A DNA stretch of 63,949 nucleotides, counting the filler, from Octopus bimaculoides (lineage: Eukaryota), in the NCBI RefSeq assembly GCF_001194135.2. It is 8 parts of 7 records of this genome, joined end to end, with 100 filler letters (N's around TTAATTAATTAA, not from the genome) between each part and the next. Parts side by side here need not be neighbours in the genome. Positions count along the whole stretch, not along the records: positions 1 to 23,062 come from NC_068982.1; 7 more parts are not named here. One strand, given 5' to 3'. Position numbers and translations under genes: made by a program. Positions 1 to 11,959 of this stretch are shown piece after piece. Under the pieces are notes generated by a model. It saw only the letters and a list, made by a program, of their open reading frames with translations, did not search any database and was not told where the DNA came from. How positions within the stretch are numbered: position 1 is the first letter of the stretch; each line of letters starts with the position of its first letter.

Positions 1-38
1 CACACACACATACAGACAGACAGACAGACAGACACACA

Positions 39-1176
39 TTCTCATTTTTATATATATAGATATATATATAAACAAATAGTAAAGGAGTATATGCATATAT
101 ACGTACAGGTATGTGCGTACCGACATCCACCTGTATGTATAGGTGCATATCTGGGTACAGGACATTGCAAACAAAACTTATTGACCGGAAGCATGTGACC
201 ATGCCGGTGTAAGGGGAAGAGAGAGAGAGTGGTAGAGGGAGAAACAAAGGGAGGAAGTAGAAGAATAGGTGAGCAACGAGAGGAAAAGAGAAAGAGAGGA
301 AGTACACTCCTTTACTATTTGTTTTTACATGACTGAACGCAGCGTCTCCAATTCGTAAGTAGTTTTCGTAAACTTATATTTTCCGACGCTACTCTATCTC
401 TTTCTCTTCCTCTATCATTTTTCCCCCTCTCGTTCTTCCTCTTTNNNNNNNNNNNNNNNNNNNNNNNNNNNNNNNNNNNNNNNNNNNNNNNNNNNNNNNN
501 NNNNNNNNNNNNNNNNNNNNNNNNNNNNNNNNNNNNNNNNNNNNNNNNNNNNNNNNNNNNNNNNNNNNNNNNNNNNNNNNNNNNNNNNNNNNNNNNNNNN
601 NNNNNNNNNNNNNNNNNNNNNNNNNNNNNNNNNNNNNNNNNNNNNNNNNNNNNNNNNNNNNNNNNNNNNNNNNNNNNNNNNNNNNNNNNNNNNNNNNNNN
701 NNNNNNNNNNNNNNNNNNNNNNNNNNNNNNNNNNNNNNNNNNNNNNNNNNNNNNNNNNNNNNNNNNNNNNNNNNNNNNNNNNNNNNNNNNAATTTTCTCG
801 TCTGGCCGTAAAGCCTTTTCTGTTTGTTTTCCTGTCTTGTTTTTTGTCCGCCACTACATTTCTCCATGGCAAGATTTAATTTGTGTATGCAAATTTAATT
901 TGCGGTCCATGGGAAGAGCCGTTTTAACGATGCGTCCTGCCCAGCTCTTCGAAACGCCGGTGTTAAAACGGGGGTAGCTGATGAAGTAGAATGTTCTCTA
1001 TGTGGCATGTGTGTTTTCTCGTCTACGTTTTGTTTGCAATGTCCTGTACCCAGATATGCACCTATACATACAGGTGGATGTCGGTACGCACATACCTGTA
1101 CGTATATATGCATATACTCCTTTACTATTTGCTTTTACATGACTGAACGCAGTGTCTCCAATTTGTAAGTAGTTTT

Positions 1177-1213
<37 letters not shown>

Positions 1214-1310
1214 AGAATTCACAAAAAAACAACAAACAAAGACAAGTGGTGTAGAAAACAAACAGATGTATTAGTATAATGCTTGGGAATTGAAAAAGTC
1301 TTTAACGCTC
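39..1310. mobile_element. Penelope-like element terminal region with inverted and direct partial repeats
   Basis: Bases 73-177 are the exact reverse complement of 1027-1131, and 306-366 recurs at 1116-1176. Related sequence recurs at 34130-34440, 53985-54130 and 59835-60022. Partial direct and inverted terminal repeats are typical of Penelope pseudo-LTRs. The family assignment is inference. Confidence 0.5.
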
Positions 1311-1410
1311 CTCCACAGAAAGGAACACAGAAAGAAAGAAGGAGAGAAAAAAAATGTGTGTAGTGGTTAGCGATCTATCATGGTGAATGATATATATATA
1401 TATATATATG

Positions 1411-1479
<69 letters not shown>

Positions 1480-1494
1480 ATATATATATATATT

Positions 1495-1708
1495 TGTGTG
1501 TATGTCTATCTGTCCCGCCACCATTGTTTGACAACCAATGTTGGTGTGTTTACATCCCTTTAACTTAGCAGTTTGGGGCAAAAGAGACCGATAGAATAAG
1601 TAATAGGCTTACAAAGAATAAGTCCTGAGATCAATTGGTTCGACTAAAGGTGGTGCTCCAGCATGGCCGCAGTCAAATGACTGAAACCAGTAAAAGAATA
1701 AAAGAATA
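1495..1708 (+). mobile_element. SINE family A, 3' half
   Basis: GACAACC..GGTGTGTTTAC..GGTGCTCCAGCATGGCCGCAGTCAAATGACTGAAAC body shared with many copies in the window. Confidence 0.85.
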
Positions 1709-1963
1709 TATGTCCTGGGTATGACTTCAAATTTCATCTGGTAGCAGGACCCAGGATCAGGAATTTCAGAGCTTTGAGGAGTGTGGAACCAGCTCTTAGC
1801 TAGTTTTGTTTTCAGGTCTGCTCTGACCCAGAGCAATAGCACCTGTCAAGATCCAAGCTATGGTTTCAAAAGCACATAACCACCTGAGCCAGGGTAAGTA
1901 GAAATCATAGGTTGCAGCATAGTAGTTCTGAACTAGTTTGACAAATGAACTTATTGAATAAAA

Positions 1964-2285
1964 CTGGCACTCCGTCGGTTACAACATCAAAGGTTCCAGT
2001 TGATCTGATAAACAGAACAGCCTACTCATGAAATTATCATGCATATGGCTGAGCACGCCATAGACATGTGTGCCCTTAATATAGCCCCCAGGGAGATTTA
2101 GTATGACACAAGATGTGACAAGGCTGGCCCTTTGAAATACCGGTACTAGTCATTTTTGCCAGCTGAGTGGACTGGAGCAGTGTGAAATAAAGTGTCTTGC
2201 TCAGGACATAATGCACCACTGGGAATTGAACTCACAACTTTACAATTGTGAACCAAATTACCCTAACCACTAAGACACACACCTT
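1964..2285 (-). mobile_element. tRNA-headed CORE-type SINE (family C) with RTE-like tail
   Basis: Minus strand has CTTAGTGGTTAGGG A-box, GAGTTCAATTCC B-box and CTGAGCAAGACACTTTATTTCAC..CCAGTCCACTCAGCTG CORE-like segment. The plus strand shows an ACTGGCACTCCGTCGGTTAC tail. Confidence 0.75.
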
Positions 2286-2564
2286 CACACTTATTGAATA
2301 AATGGTGAATATCACTAGATACTGAACAGATTAACAAACATCAAACTGTCAGTGGCCAGTATCTATCAGTTCAATAAGTTAGCTAGTGCTAAGATCTGTA
2401 GTCATGGTGTGCGCAGGTGAGATATTTCAAATTGTGAAAGACCAATGTGATAAAAACTCTAATTAGACATTCAGGCCATATTGTTCAAAAAGGACATCTG
2501 ATGTGGTATAGTTGCAATGGTCCAAGCAAGTCAATTGACAGGATGATGATACTGCATATACATA

Positions 2565-2715
2565 TACATATACAAATTCTGCTGAGGTTGACTTTCATCC
2601 TTTCAGGGACAATAAAATAAGTGCCAATTGAGTACTGGGATTGATGTAATTGACTCGCCCCCTCCCTCGTAATTTCTGGCCTTGTGCCAAAATTTGAAAC
2701 CAATATTACATATAC
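2565..2715 (+). mobile_element. SINE family B, CpG-decayed copy
   Basis: CAAATTCTGCTGAGGTTGACTTTCATCCTTTCAGGG..AGTACTGGGATTGATGTAATTGACT matches the family B core seen at 27200-27400. Confidence 0.75.
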
Positions 2716-4478
2716 ACAACCTATAAAAAATGTAAAACTCAAACAGTCATCACTCACAAATGACTATGGTTTTCTAGTATGTACCATGCTTCCGTTAAGG
2801 GTATTAGGTGCCTATGCAGTCACATGTTGGTATAGACATCCTCTCACTCCTTCTTCCTTGACCTAAGGGAAAAATTGAGGATGTAACAACAAGCGGGAAA
2901 TAGGACTGCACCAATGCTCAGCTAGTTTTTATTTTCATCTGAATTGGCTAGAGTGACATGAAATGGAGTGCCCTGCTCAAGAACTCAATGTACTGCCCAT
3001 TCCAAGAAGTGAATCTTATGATCATGAGCTGAACATCCTAACCAATAGGCCACATGTATCCACATGTGAGACCCTGCTGTATACTTTTCTTTCAACTATT
3101 TCAATTGTTGAACTGTGGCCATGCTGGAAGGTTTAGTCAAACAAGTTATCTCTAAGACTTATTTTTAAGTCTGGTACATTTTGAAAAAAGAAAAAAAAAC
3201 TTTAATGGCTGTAGAAAGTATTCTTGTCAGTAAACTTTAGAAACATGTACTTCAATTATGATTTTGTATTATTGATACTACATCAAAGCCGACATACAAA
3301 CAAACCCTATATAGGTTTCAATCACATTTTGGGACTCCATAACAAAGTACATTACACTCTTTGGGGCTTCTGTCAATCAGGGTTGATCATTTATTTAGAT
3401 CTGTATCTGCAGGCCTATGCACAGTTCCTTGTGAAAGACTGGCAGTTGTCCATGCATGCAAGTGACTTCTCTCCATACTACCAACGTTGCCCAAGGAAAA
3501 GGTTGCCACTTAAGAGCCAATATAATTTGAAACCAGTATAATTTGCTGGCATTACTGTCTGACTGCAAAAGACCACAAGGAATTATGTTGAACCTCACTA
3601 ACAGTTCTGCTAATCTATTATTCTGAATTGATGTTTTTTATCAACCACAAAACAATGAAAAACAAAGTCGGCTCTGGTAGGATTTGAACTCAGAGCACAG
3701 AAAGTCAAAAAAATGCTCACTAACAACTCTGTCAAATTGCCACCTTTCATTATTCTCCTATCTATTTATCAGAAGTAGAACTACTCCCAGGACATCTTAC
3801 TTGGCTTATAAATCAGTTTCTCTAAATCGTTATGTAAATTGCTTGAATTTTTAGAGCCAACCAAGTCAAGAACAATGATGATAAATATATTCTTTCTTCT
3901 AATACCAAACTTTCAAGTGGGAAATGACAGACAAGATGTATCTTCTAGATAGACTAAGGTAAGTTGAGTGATTTGTTTTCTTCATTTTTGATACTTCCGT
4001 ATAATCTTCCATTCTTCTATGCAGATTCTTCTTTCAGTGAAATAAAGGGTAAAGCTTATACAATCTTGTTTTATTGTCTTTCAAAAATCATGTTTCATTG
4101 TTACCAAAATAATTATTTGGTCATAATGGACAATTTATCTCGGAAAAGAAGTGATTCATAATTTAGCTGGATATTCTTTATTGGCATAAATATTTCTTTA
4201 TATGGGTCATGACATCATAAACATAATCAGTATTTTATTTTATCTTCAAAATTCAGGAATGATTTACAAAATCTGTCTTGGACATTGGCCATGCTGGGGC
4301 ACCACTTTGAAGGCTTTTTAATCAATCAAATTGGCCCTGCCTGGTATATATGCTCTTGGTTTCTCTTTTTTTTTATCAAACTGCTATGTTATGAGGATGT
4401 AAATAAACCAACGCAGTTGTCAAATGGTGAGGATCAGACATGCATATGCACATACACTTACATGCAGATACACACATG

Positions 4479-5525
4479 TATGAAGGTTGTACCAAAAGTA
4501 ATGCAAAAGCAGATATTACTTTTTTTTGTTATCTGACAAAGGTCATTCAACCAGTACATATTAACAGAATGACTTTTCCTCTATATAAAATTACAACTCA
4601 GTATTGTCTCCATTACAAGTGATGCATTTATACCATTGTTAATTATTAAAAATTCAGGTGTGCACTATGCACCTACTTCTTTACAGCCACTTTAAGCCTT
4701 GTGGGTGTTATCAAATTGTTGTCTTTGTAGTCTGTCCTTCATTTGACTAAAAGCTGGAAGGAGAGCACCAGATTCAGGTTGTATGATAGCCTGTGGACTA
4801 CTGACCAGTGCAATTCACCAATTGCTCGATTTATTGTTATAGATATGCGTGATCATGCATTATCTTGGTGAAAAGGAATTATTTTCAGATTCTTGCACCG
4901 TTTCTTCCTCCAGGTGGTTTTTCTATGCATTTTGAACTTTTCAGTGTACAACTCACTGTTCATTGCACAACCACATTACAAAAAATCAAGATGAATGATG
5001 CCCTTGTCATCTCAAAAAAACTGTCACCATGACTTTCTGTGCCAATCTCCTGCTCTCACACTTCTTAGGCCTTGGAGGAGAAGTATGATGCCTTTCCTGG
5101 GACTGAGCATTTGTTTCTTGATCATAAAGATATAACCATGTTTCATCCTTTGTCATGAAATCAGAAAACAAAAACATGTCTTAATTGGCTTCAAATACTC
5201 TCAACAAATAAAAGCAGACTTCCAAGTTTTTCTCCTTCAAATTAGGTGTCAACCACCAAGGTATCTATTTAGCACACACTTTTTCAATACCCAGAGTCTT
5301 TCACTATCTCTTGTAAAGCATTGTGATCACAGCCTAGTTACGCATAAATTATAACTTGTCTTTCAATGCAAATAACTTCATTCACTTGCTGGTGATTTTT
5401 CTCACTGGTTACGGTTTATGGTCACCCATTTCATGGCTTGCTTTCAATGCTGGTTTTCCCTCCTTTAAACTTCCACAAAAATCTGTACACATTGATTTTG
5501 TCAATGATGTCAATTCCCGATAACT
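4479..5525 (-). pseudogene. mariner-type (Tc1/mariner superfamily) transposase relic with one terminal inverted repeat
   Basis: Manual minus-strand translation across stops and frameshifts: KFKGGKTSIESKP*NG*P*TVTSEK (HTH region), TKDETWLYLYDQET (5136-5147), KVMVTVFF..KGIIHLDFL, FHQDNA* (4857-4870), ELHWSVVHRLSYNLNL (PYSPDL-like), QWYKCITCNGDNTE. TA plus TGAAGGTTGTACCAAAAGTAATGC terminus at 4479-4504. Confidence 0.88.
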
Positions 5526-5529
5526 ACTT

Positions 5530-5694
5530 GTAGCCTTCTGTGGAAGGCTTTTGTTGGCCTGGGGATATAGTAGAAGGCATTTGCAGTGAGACAGAACCCA
5601 AAACCATGTGATTGAGAAGCAAACTTCTTAACCATGCATCCACTTCTATGCTTCTATATGCAGGCATGGTTGTGTGGTTAAGAAGTTCATATAT

Positions 5695-5700
<6 letters not shown>
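5530..5700 (-). mobile_element. SINE family A 5' part inserted at the end of the mariner relic, followed by (CA)n
   Basis: Two tandem head segments (GGTTGTGTGGTTAAGAAG-like) and the CTACTATATCCCCAGGCCAACAAAAGCC core. Confidence 0.75.
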
Positions 5701-5765
<65 letters not shown>

Positions 5766-6357
5766 TATAGTTTATTCGATAAGTTTTCATAATTCAATCT
5801 CAATGTTGAAGATGAAATAAAAAATAGCAATTATGTTGTGTTTGTAGCATCATGACCCATATATCTAAAGAATTCTGCCAATGATGAATGATCAGGTAAA
5901 TTATGAATAACTTCTTTACCTAAATAAATGGTCTCTTCTGACTAAATAACTATTTTTGCAACTATGAAATATTATTTTAGAAAAGTAATAAAACAGATTA
6001 TATAAGTTTTTGCCCTTTACTTACCTAAAAGAAAATCTTCATAGAAGGACAGTAGATTACACAGAAGTGTCGAAAATGAAGTAGATGAATCACTCAAGTT
6101 GCATTAGTCTATCTTAGTTTATTTCTGCGTTATTTCCAAGTTGAAAATTCGGTATTAGAAAGAAGACTGTATATTTATCATCTTTAGTGTTCTTTGTATT
6201 GAATGAGCTTTTTGAAACTCCTATCCTTTATAAAAGACAGCTTTCAATCTATTTTGCTTAGCAACCTAATTAATCATGCAGAACTTTGTGCAGCTACTTT
6301 CATTGTAACTCTTATAAAAGGGAGCATATGCTGTGTCACATGATATCTGCCATTTAC

Positions 6358-6409
6358 CTTAGCCAGCATTCTTTGCTGAATTAGCATACGTCTATTTGTT
6401 ATTCTCTCA
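6358..6409 (-). CDS. candidate internal exon (ERITNRRMLIQQRMLAK), product unknown
   Basis: CAG acceptor with a weak pyrimidine tract, AAG|GTAAAT donor, and an open frame with phase 2 in and phase 0 out. Confidence 0.15.
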
Positions 6410-7072
6410 CTGCATATATTTTCTGGGAAATAGGAAAATATTCTATCCTCACCCTATTTTTGGCATTTACATCGAATGTTACTTGATCTAATCAGAATAT
6501 AAACAGAAAAAAAAAATTAGAATTGACTTCTAAAGGATTAAAAAGAAGAAATAACAACATAAAAATCTATGGATTAAGTACAATTAAGAATGCAATTCCA
6601 AATAATCTCTTGATTACCAGAATAATAATTACTTTTTTTATTTTTTTCTGTAATTCCAAATCTGTTGAAAGAAAATGATTCATCAGCAAGAATATTTTAC
6701 TCAATAAACATAAAAACTCAATGGTTTGTATGTTTTTCCTCAAACATGTCCTAAGGATTAAAAAAAAAAAAAAACCCAAAATACCCAACAACTTGTTAAA
6801 CACACAAACCACATAAATTAAATTTATTGTGCATGTCACTGTGATTATCACATGGATTCCAAGAACATAGAATATTAAATCCAGTTGTTTCCAATTTAAC
6901 GTGCTGATTTATCTGATATCAGAAAATCTGTTGCAAATGTTGATAACTCAAAACATTGCATATTTTAAATGTTATTTTTTTTCTTAAACTTATTGTAAAT
7001 TATTAAAATCAAAAGCTAATACAAAATCTTAATTGAGTTTTGTTTTGTTATTGTCAGTTTTATCAAAGAGTT

Positions 7073-7108
<36 letters not shown>

Positions 7109-8508
7109 TACAAAATTATGCAAAAGATCCCAGAATTTCTTGTCATTAAAAGATCTTTTAATACTGTATAAAGAAGAGTGACTTGAATTGATAAGGTTGT
7201 TGTTGTTGGTTCTGTGGTGGTGGTGGTGGTGGTGGTGTTTAGCCTCAGATCTTTTGTGATTGAGCTGATGCATTCCAGCTATGACCATCCCATCTAATTA
7301 TCAAACATAGAATATCTAAGGCCACATTATCAAATGCGTCTTTCATATTTTTAGCATGCTAGACTACGACTTGTGGGAGATGTAGCTTTTGCTTTTTCTA
7401 GCCCATCCATTACAAGGTCCAGTCCTTGTTGAAGTTTGTTGGCTCATGTGCCTCAATAATCCTGAGAGATAAGCCAAATAAGCGGGTGAGATGGGTGAGA
7501 TTGGGAGCCAGTCTGGCTATAACAGCTGCTGCTTCTCAGCCCTCACTATTGGTTGTGGACATTACAGTACAAAATTTGATTCTTTGATTCTCACAAGCTT
7601 ATTGAGCTTGGTGTCGGGATGAATCCATACATGCTAGTTTTTTCTTTTGACATTTGTCTGAATAAATCAGTAAAGATAATATTCCTTCAGCTGGTGCTGT
7701 AGTAGCTGTTTGGGGCGTTTGGAAGTGATTGTCCATGTAATGGCAAAACTGTTAGGGTATCCCAGTTTACTAAAATTCAGTATCTAGTTTTCTTCTCTTT
7801 AATCTTATTTGATGTGAATTCTTAAAAGCATTGGAAATTAGATAAAATTTAAGTTTATATCACAATTACTGTTCAGCTCACCAACAAGCACCTTTCCCTG
7901 GAAAAAAAAAAACATGCTGAAAAGAAAGGAATAAATACAGGTAATACAGAGGGGAGAGAGACCAGTTTAGCCTTGTGAAGGGCAACTACTTTTGCCTTGG
8001 CAATAGGATAAAATGCACCCAGTCTACACCATAGAGTAGCTGATAATGGAAAGGGTGTCCAACTGTGGAAACTACACCAAAATAACAACATATGCAACAG
8101 TAGAGTTAATCAGTTTTCTCTGATGTTGTGTTTACCAGATGATGAAGAACTGCAGCAAGGGATAGGGTGAGTGTGTTAGATCTATCATACCCATGCTAGT
8201 GTGAACAAATAGACATAAATTGATGGTGATGTACTTGTTAGTAAAATTTATTTCTTTGTTAGTTAGCTATAGTTTTTCTATAGGTTTCATTATATTTCTC
8301 AAATGAATTGCAGGAGCAGTGAAAAAGTATATAGTTGTGCAGACAATTACTACTACATTAAGGAAATGTTCAAATGTATCCAAAAAATCTTTCTTGCTAA
8401 ACTAGTATGAATAAATTAATGTAAAACTATAAAGAGAAAAAGATAATAGACATATTTGCTTTCTAATACAAGGAAGTAAACTAAACTTCTTCACAGACAG
8501 ACACACAA

Positions 8509-8568
<60 letters not shown>

Positions 8569-8702
8569 CATCATCATCATCGTTTTAACGTCCGCTTTCC
8601 ATATATATNNNNNNNNNNNNNNNNNNNNNNNNNNNNNNNNNNNNNNNNNNNNNNNNNNNNNNNNNNNNNNNNNNNNNNNNNNNNNNNNNNNNNNNNNNNN
8701 NN

Positions 8703-8724
<22 letters not shown>

Positions 8725-8737
<13 letters not shown>

Positions 8738-8890
8738 TACAACAGGCTTCTTTCAGTTTCCGTCTACCAAATCCACTCACAAGGCTTTGGTTGGCCCGAG
8801 GCTATAGTAGAAGACACTTGCCCAAAGTGACACCCGAAAACATGTGGTTCGTAAGCAAGCTACTTACTACACACCCACTTCTACACCTGT
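8725..8890 (-). mobile_element. SINE family A copy
   Basis: GGCTTCTTTCAGTTTCCGTCTACCAAATCCACTCACAAGGCTTTGG..AGAAGACACTTGCCCAAAG. Confidence 0.9.
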
Positions 8891-9469
8891 ATAAAAAAAT
8901 GCTGATTACTATATAGATGGAGTTTCTGTAAAGTGTTATTACTAAATAGTTTAAAATAAACTATAAGAAACTTGGGTAACATTTCTGAAATCATTACCTA
9001 GGTTAGCTCCTTTAATGTTGAGACTCAATGACTTGAAGCCATATAACAAAATTGGTTGACTGTTACTTGCAAAATATTTTCCATTCACCTTCAAGTCTCC
9101 AACGGCGGCAGCAGCAGCGGTGGTGATGATGATGATGATGATGATGAAGAAGAAGAATCTAAAGTGAGGTTCAAATAGATAGTGTATGTGTTTATTAGCA
9201 AAAGATGACCATCCCTAAATATAACAGTATATCATTTTATTTAATAATAAATTCATTTATTGCTGAATGGGTTCTTTTTTTGATGACCTTAAGCACTTGA
9301 AGTGTCAGCTTTTTTGCTCAGTCAATTGAAGAGACAGAAGTGCTGTAACTTGAAAACATTAGCTTGTTAGACTCAGTACAAGTGCATTAACAATAGATAA
9401 TTAGACATTTCGTCCAATTTTAGTAATTTGGTAGTTATAGAATTTAATACTTAAAATTAAATTATGTCA

Positions 9470-9800
9470 AGGCCTGGTTGTGTGACTAAGAAGCTTGCTT
9501 TGAATCATGTGATTTCAGGTTCAATTCCACTGTGTGGCATTTTGGGCAAGTAACTTCTACTCAAACCCCAGGTTAACCAAGGCCTTGTGAGTGTGTGTGT
9601 GTGTGTGTGTGTGTCCCCTTGTCTTGACATTGCATGATGGTTGTAAATGAGCATCATTCATTTCCAGTCTTCTGTGGAAACATGTCAGGCCATGGGGAAA
9701 TATCATCATGTCTGGAAAGGGGTGAGTGTTGGCAACAGGAAGGGAATCTGGCTCTGGCCTACAGAAGCATCGAAATGTGGACATTAAAATGATTATGCTT
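9470..9800 (+). mobile_element. SINE family A head with family D-like tail
   Basis: GGTTGTGTGACTAAGAAGCTTGC..GGTTCAATTCCACTG..TTGGGCAAG head, (TG)n, then CAGGAAGGGAATCTGGC..GGACATTAAAATGAT tail. Confidence 0.75.
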
Positions 9801-10000
9801 ATGTTGTGGTGATGTTTTGGCAGAATAATTAGTTCATCAGACAAAATACTTGGCTATGTTTAGTTATGGACTTCTGTGTCATGAGTTCATATTTCATCTA
9901 GGTCAGTTTCACCTTCTATTCTTCTGGAATTGATAAGATAAAGTAAAAGTCGAGTATTTAGGTAAATTATGTTTCTCTAAAGTGTCCAAGACACAAATGA

Positions 10001-10368
10001 AACAAGAGTACTCAGAGAGCGCAAATCTCCACCAAGGCAACACCAATGTCCTCTCAACGATTAGCCAGAGATGATTTTTAAAATTAGAATATCTGAAAAT
10101 AAATTCGATTGCTCTCACAAATGAGAATACTAAAAATGAACCTGACTGCTCTTAAAAATGAAGTAAAAAAAACAGGAAAAATAATCCAGAATCTTGTCTG
10201 GGACCGAATCGATTCCAAAATCTAATCAGTTTGTGCCAGTCACAAGGCCAACTGTCCCTGAAAGTTTCATCCGAATCCATTCAGTGGTTCTTGAGATATT
10301 TTGTCCATGGACAAACAAATAAACAAGACTGAAAACAATACCTCCGCCTTTGCTAAAGCAGAGGTAAT
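10001..10368 (+). mobile_element. non-autonomous Helitron/Helentron-like (HINE/DINE-type) element
   Basis: Starts AACAAGAGTACTCAGAGAGCGCAAATCTCCACCAAGGC. Contains the AAAGTTTCATCCGAATCCATTCAGTGGTTCTTGAGATAT core. Ends in the ACCTCCGCCTTTGCTAAAGCAGAGGT hairpin. Class assigned from recalled architecture. Confidence 0.5.
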
Positions 10369-10799
10369 TAAATTATTACTGAAGACAAGACAAATTGATA
10401 ATTTCACTTAACTCTGGATGGATGAAAAGCAAATCATATCTTGTAGAATTTTAAATCAGAAATAAGAAGTTAAGTTGATCATTTAGAATATAGAGCTCCT
10501 TACCATTTATACCACCTTCAAAAATTTTGCAGTATACATTATAAGAGATGATAATGTACAAGTATACAACTCAAATAACTAGTTTATGGCTTTTTAAAGA
10601 CACAAACTTTTATCAATTTTTGCCATTATAATGTATTCAATACAATTAATTTCTGATTCAATTACAATATAAAAGTTAAAGAATCATGTTTCAATTGTTT
10701 TAAAAAGAAACTTTACTATTGTCATCTATATTAACTGATAAAAAATTCATTAGGAATGTTACTAAGAGAAATCTTTTCATACTGAAAACTGTTTTATGC

Positions 10800-11025
10800 G
10801 CTGGCACTATGTCAAAAGCACCCATGTTAGCACCATGTAGAAAGCCACTATGCCAGTGTCACAAAAAAAGTACAAAGTACACTTTGTAAAGTGGTTGGCA
10901 TTAAGGAGGGGCATTCAGCCATAGAAACTATGCCAAAACAGACAACTAGAGCCAGGTGCAGTCCTCTGGTTTGCCAGTTCCTGTCAAACCATCCAACTCA
11001 TATCAGTATGGAAAACATACGTTAA

Positions 11026-11071
<46 letters not shown>

Positions 11072-11085
11072 CGACGACGATGACG
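10800..11085 (+). mobile_element. SINE family D 3' part with (GAT)n tail
   Basis: AAGTGGTTGGCATTAAGGAGGGGCATTCAGCC..GTCAAACCATCCAAC..GGAAAACATACGTTAAATGATGATG. Confidence 0.8.
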
Positions 11086-11161
11086 TTTGAAATCTATTTC
11101 TTTTACCTAGTAAAATGACAATAATACTTCATGCTGACATTTTCCTGAACAATAGGAAAAC

Positions 11162-11244
11162 TTATTTGAAAACCTCTTCAGCAGCACTTTCTGTCCTTGT
11201 GTGTGCTCCTGCTCTGCTTAGTCCATTCTGTTCTTCCATGATGT
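11162..11244 (-). CDS. candidate terminal exon (IMEEQNGLSRAGAHTRTESAAEEVFK* or HHGRTEWTKQSRSTHKDRKCC*)
   Basis: Strong TTCTGTTCTTCTATAG acceptor followed by purine-rich sequence. Two frames stay open for 22-27 codons. No homolog recognised. Confidence 0.22.
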
Positions 11245-11344
11245 CTATAGAAGAACAGAATGGATTAAGAGGACTAAGGTCACAGATGTGTTATTTGAAA
11301 ATGTTATCCAAGAAATCAGCAATTAACATTTTTAGAAAACCTCC

Positions 11345-11572
11345 TTAACCATTTCGATGCTAACCTGTTTGAGATTGTTGCTGGTTCTATGATTCAAACT
11401 CACCTATTTAAAGCGATGTAAATCAAAACTTTCCAACAAATTTTCATATTAAATTACGTTCCAATCCTCATCTTCAAAATGACAGTCATTTTACAAAATT
11501 CTTCCTTATTTTCAAAAGTAATTGAAACAAAGGCTGTGTACTTCAATGGAAATATTGTAATGAAAGGGTTAA
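11345..11572. mobile_element. piggyBac-like MITE
   Basis: TTAA at both ends with imperfect TIRs (TTAACCATTTCGAT / TAATGAAAGGGTTAA). A related copy lies at 19363-19940. Confidence 0.6.
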
Positions 11573-11897
11573 AAATGATTTCTTATACAGGCACATTTGG
11601 ATCATTAAAGATAGTGAAATAAGCAGAGCAAAAGGGCTGTGATTAACCTACAGAAGATCAATTTAAGCATCAGCGGCATTTATCTCACAAGTCTGAGAAA
11701 GCCTGCAAAGTCTATATGCATTAATTCACTTTCTTGAACTAAGTAATTAAAGAAAATTATAAGGAGTTAATAGAAATTTTTAAAAGATTTGGCTCCAAGG
11801 GAAGTTAACTTCTAGAATATTATAAAAAGAGAAGACTGCATGAACAGCAATTTAGTTTTGTGACACTCCAGTAATCTGACAATGTAAAAATAAATGG

Positions 11898-11959
<62 letters not shown>

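Noticed and set aside
1816-1899. Plus-strand exon with strong acceptor and GTAAGT donor
   Set aside because: All three frames contain stops and the segment resembles a degraded repeat. A non-coding exon cannot be excluded.
7370-7780. Possible degraded LTR-retrotransposon gag fragment on the minus strand
   Set aside because: Only a vague resemblance (LTRLFGLS, LLRHMSQ) across several stops and frameshifts, with no diagnostic motif.
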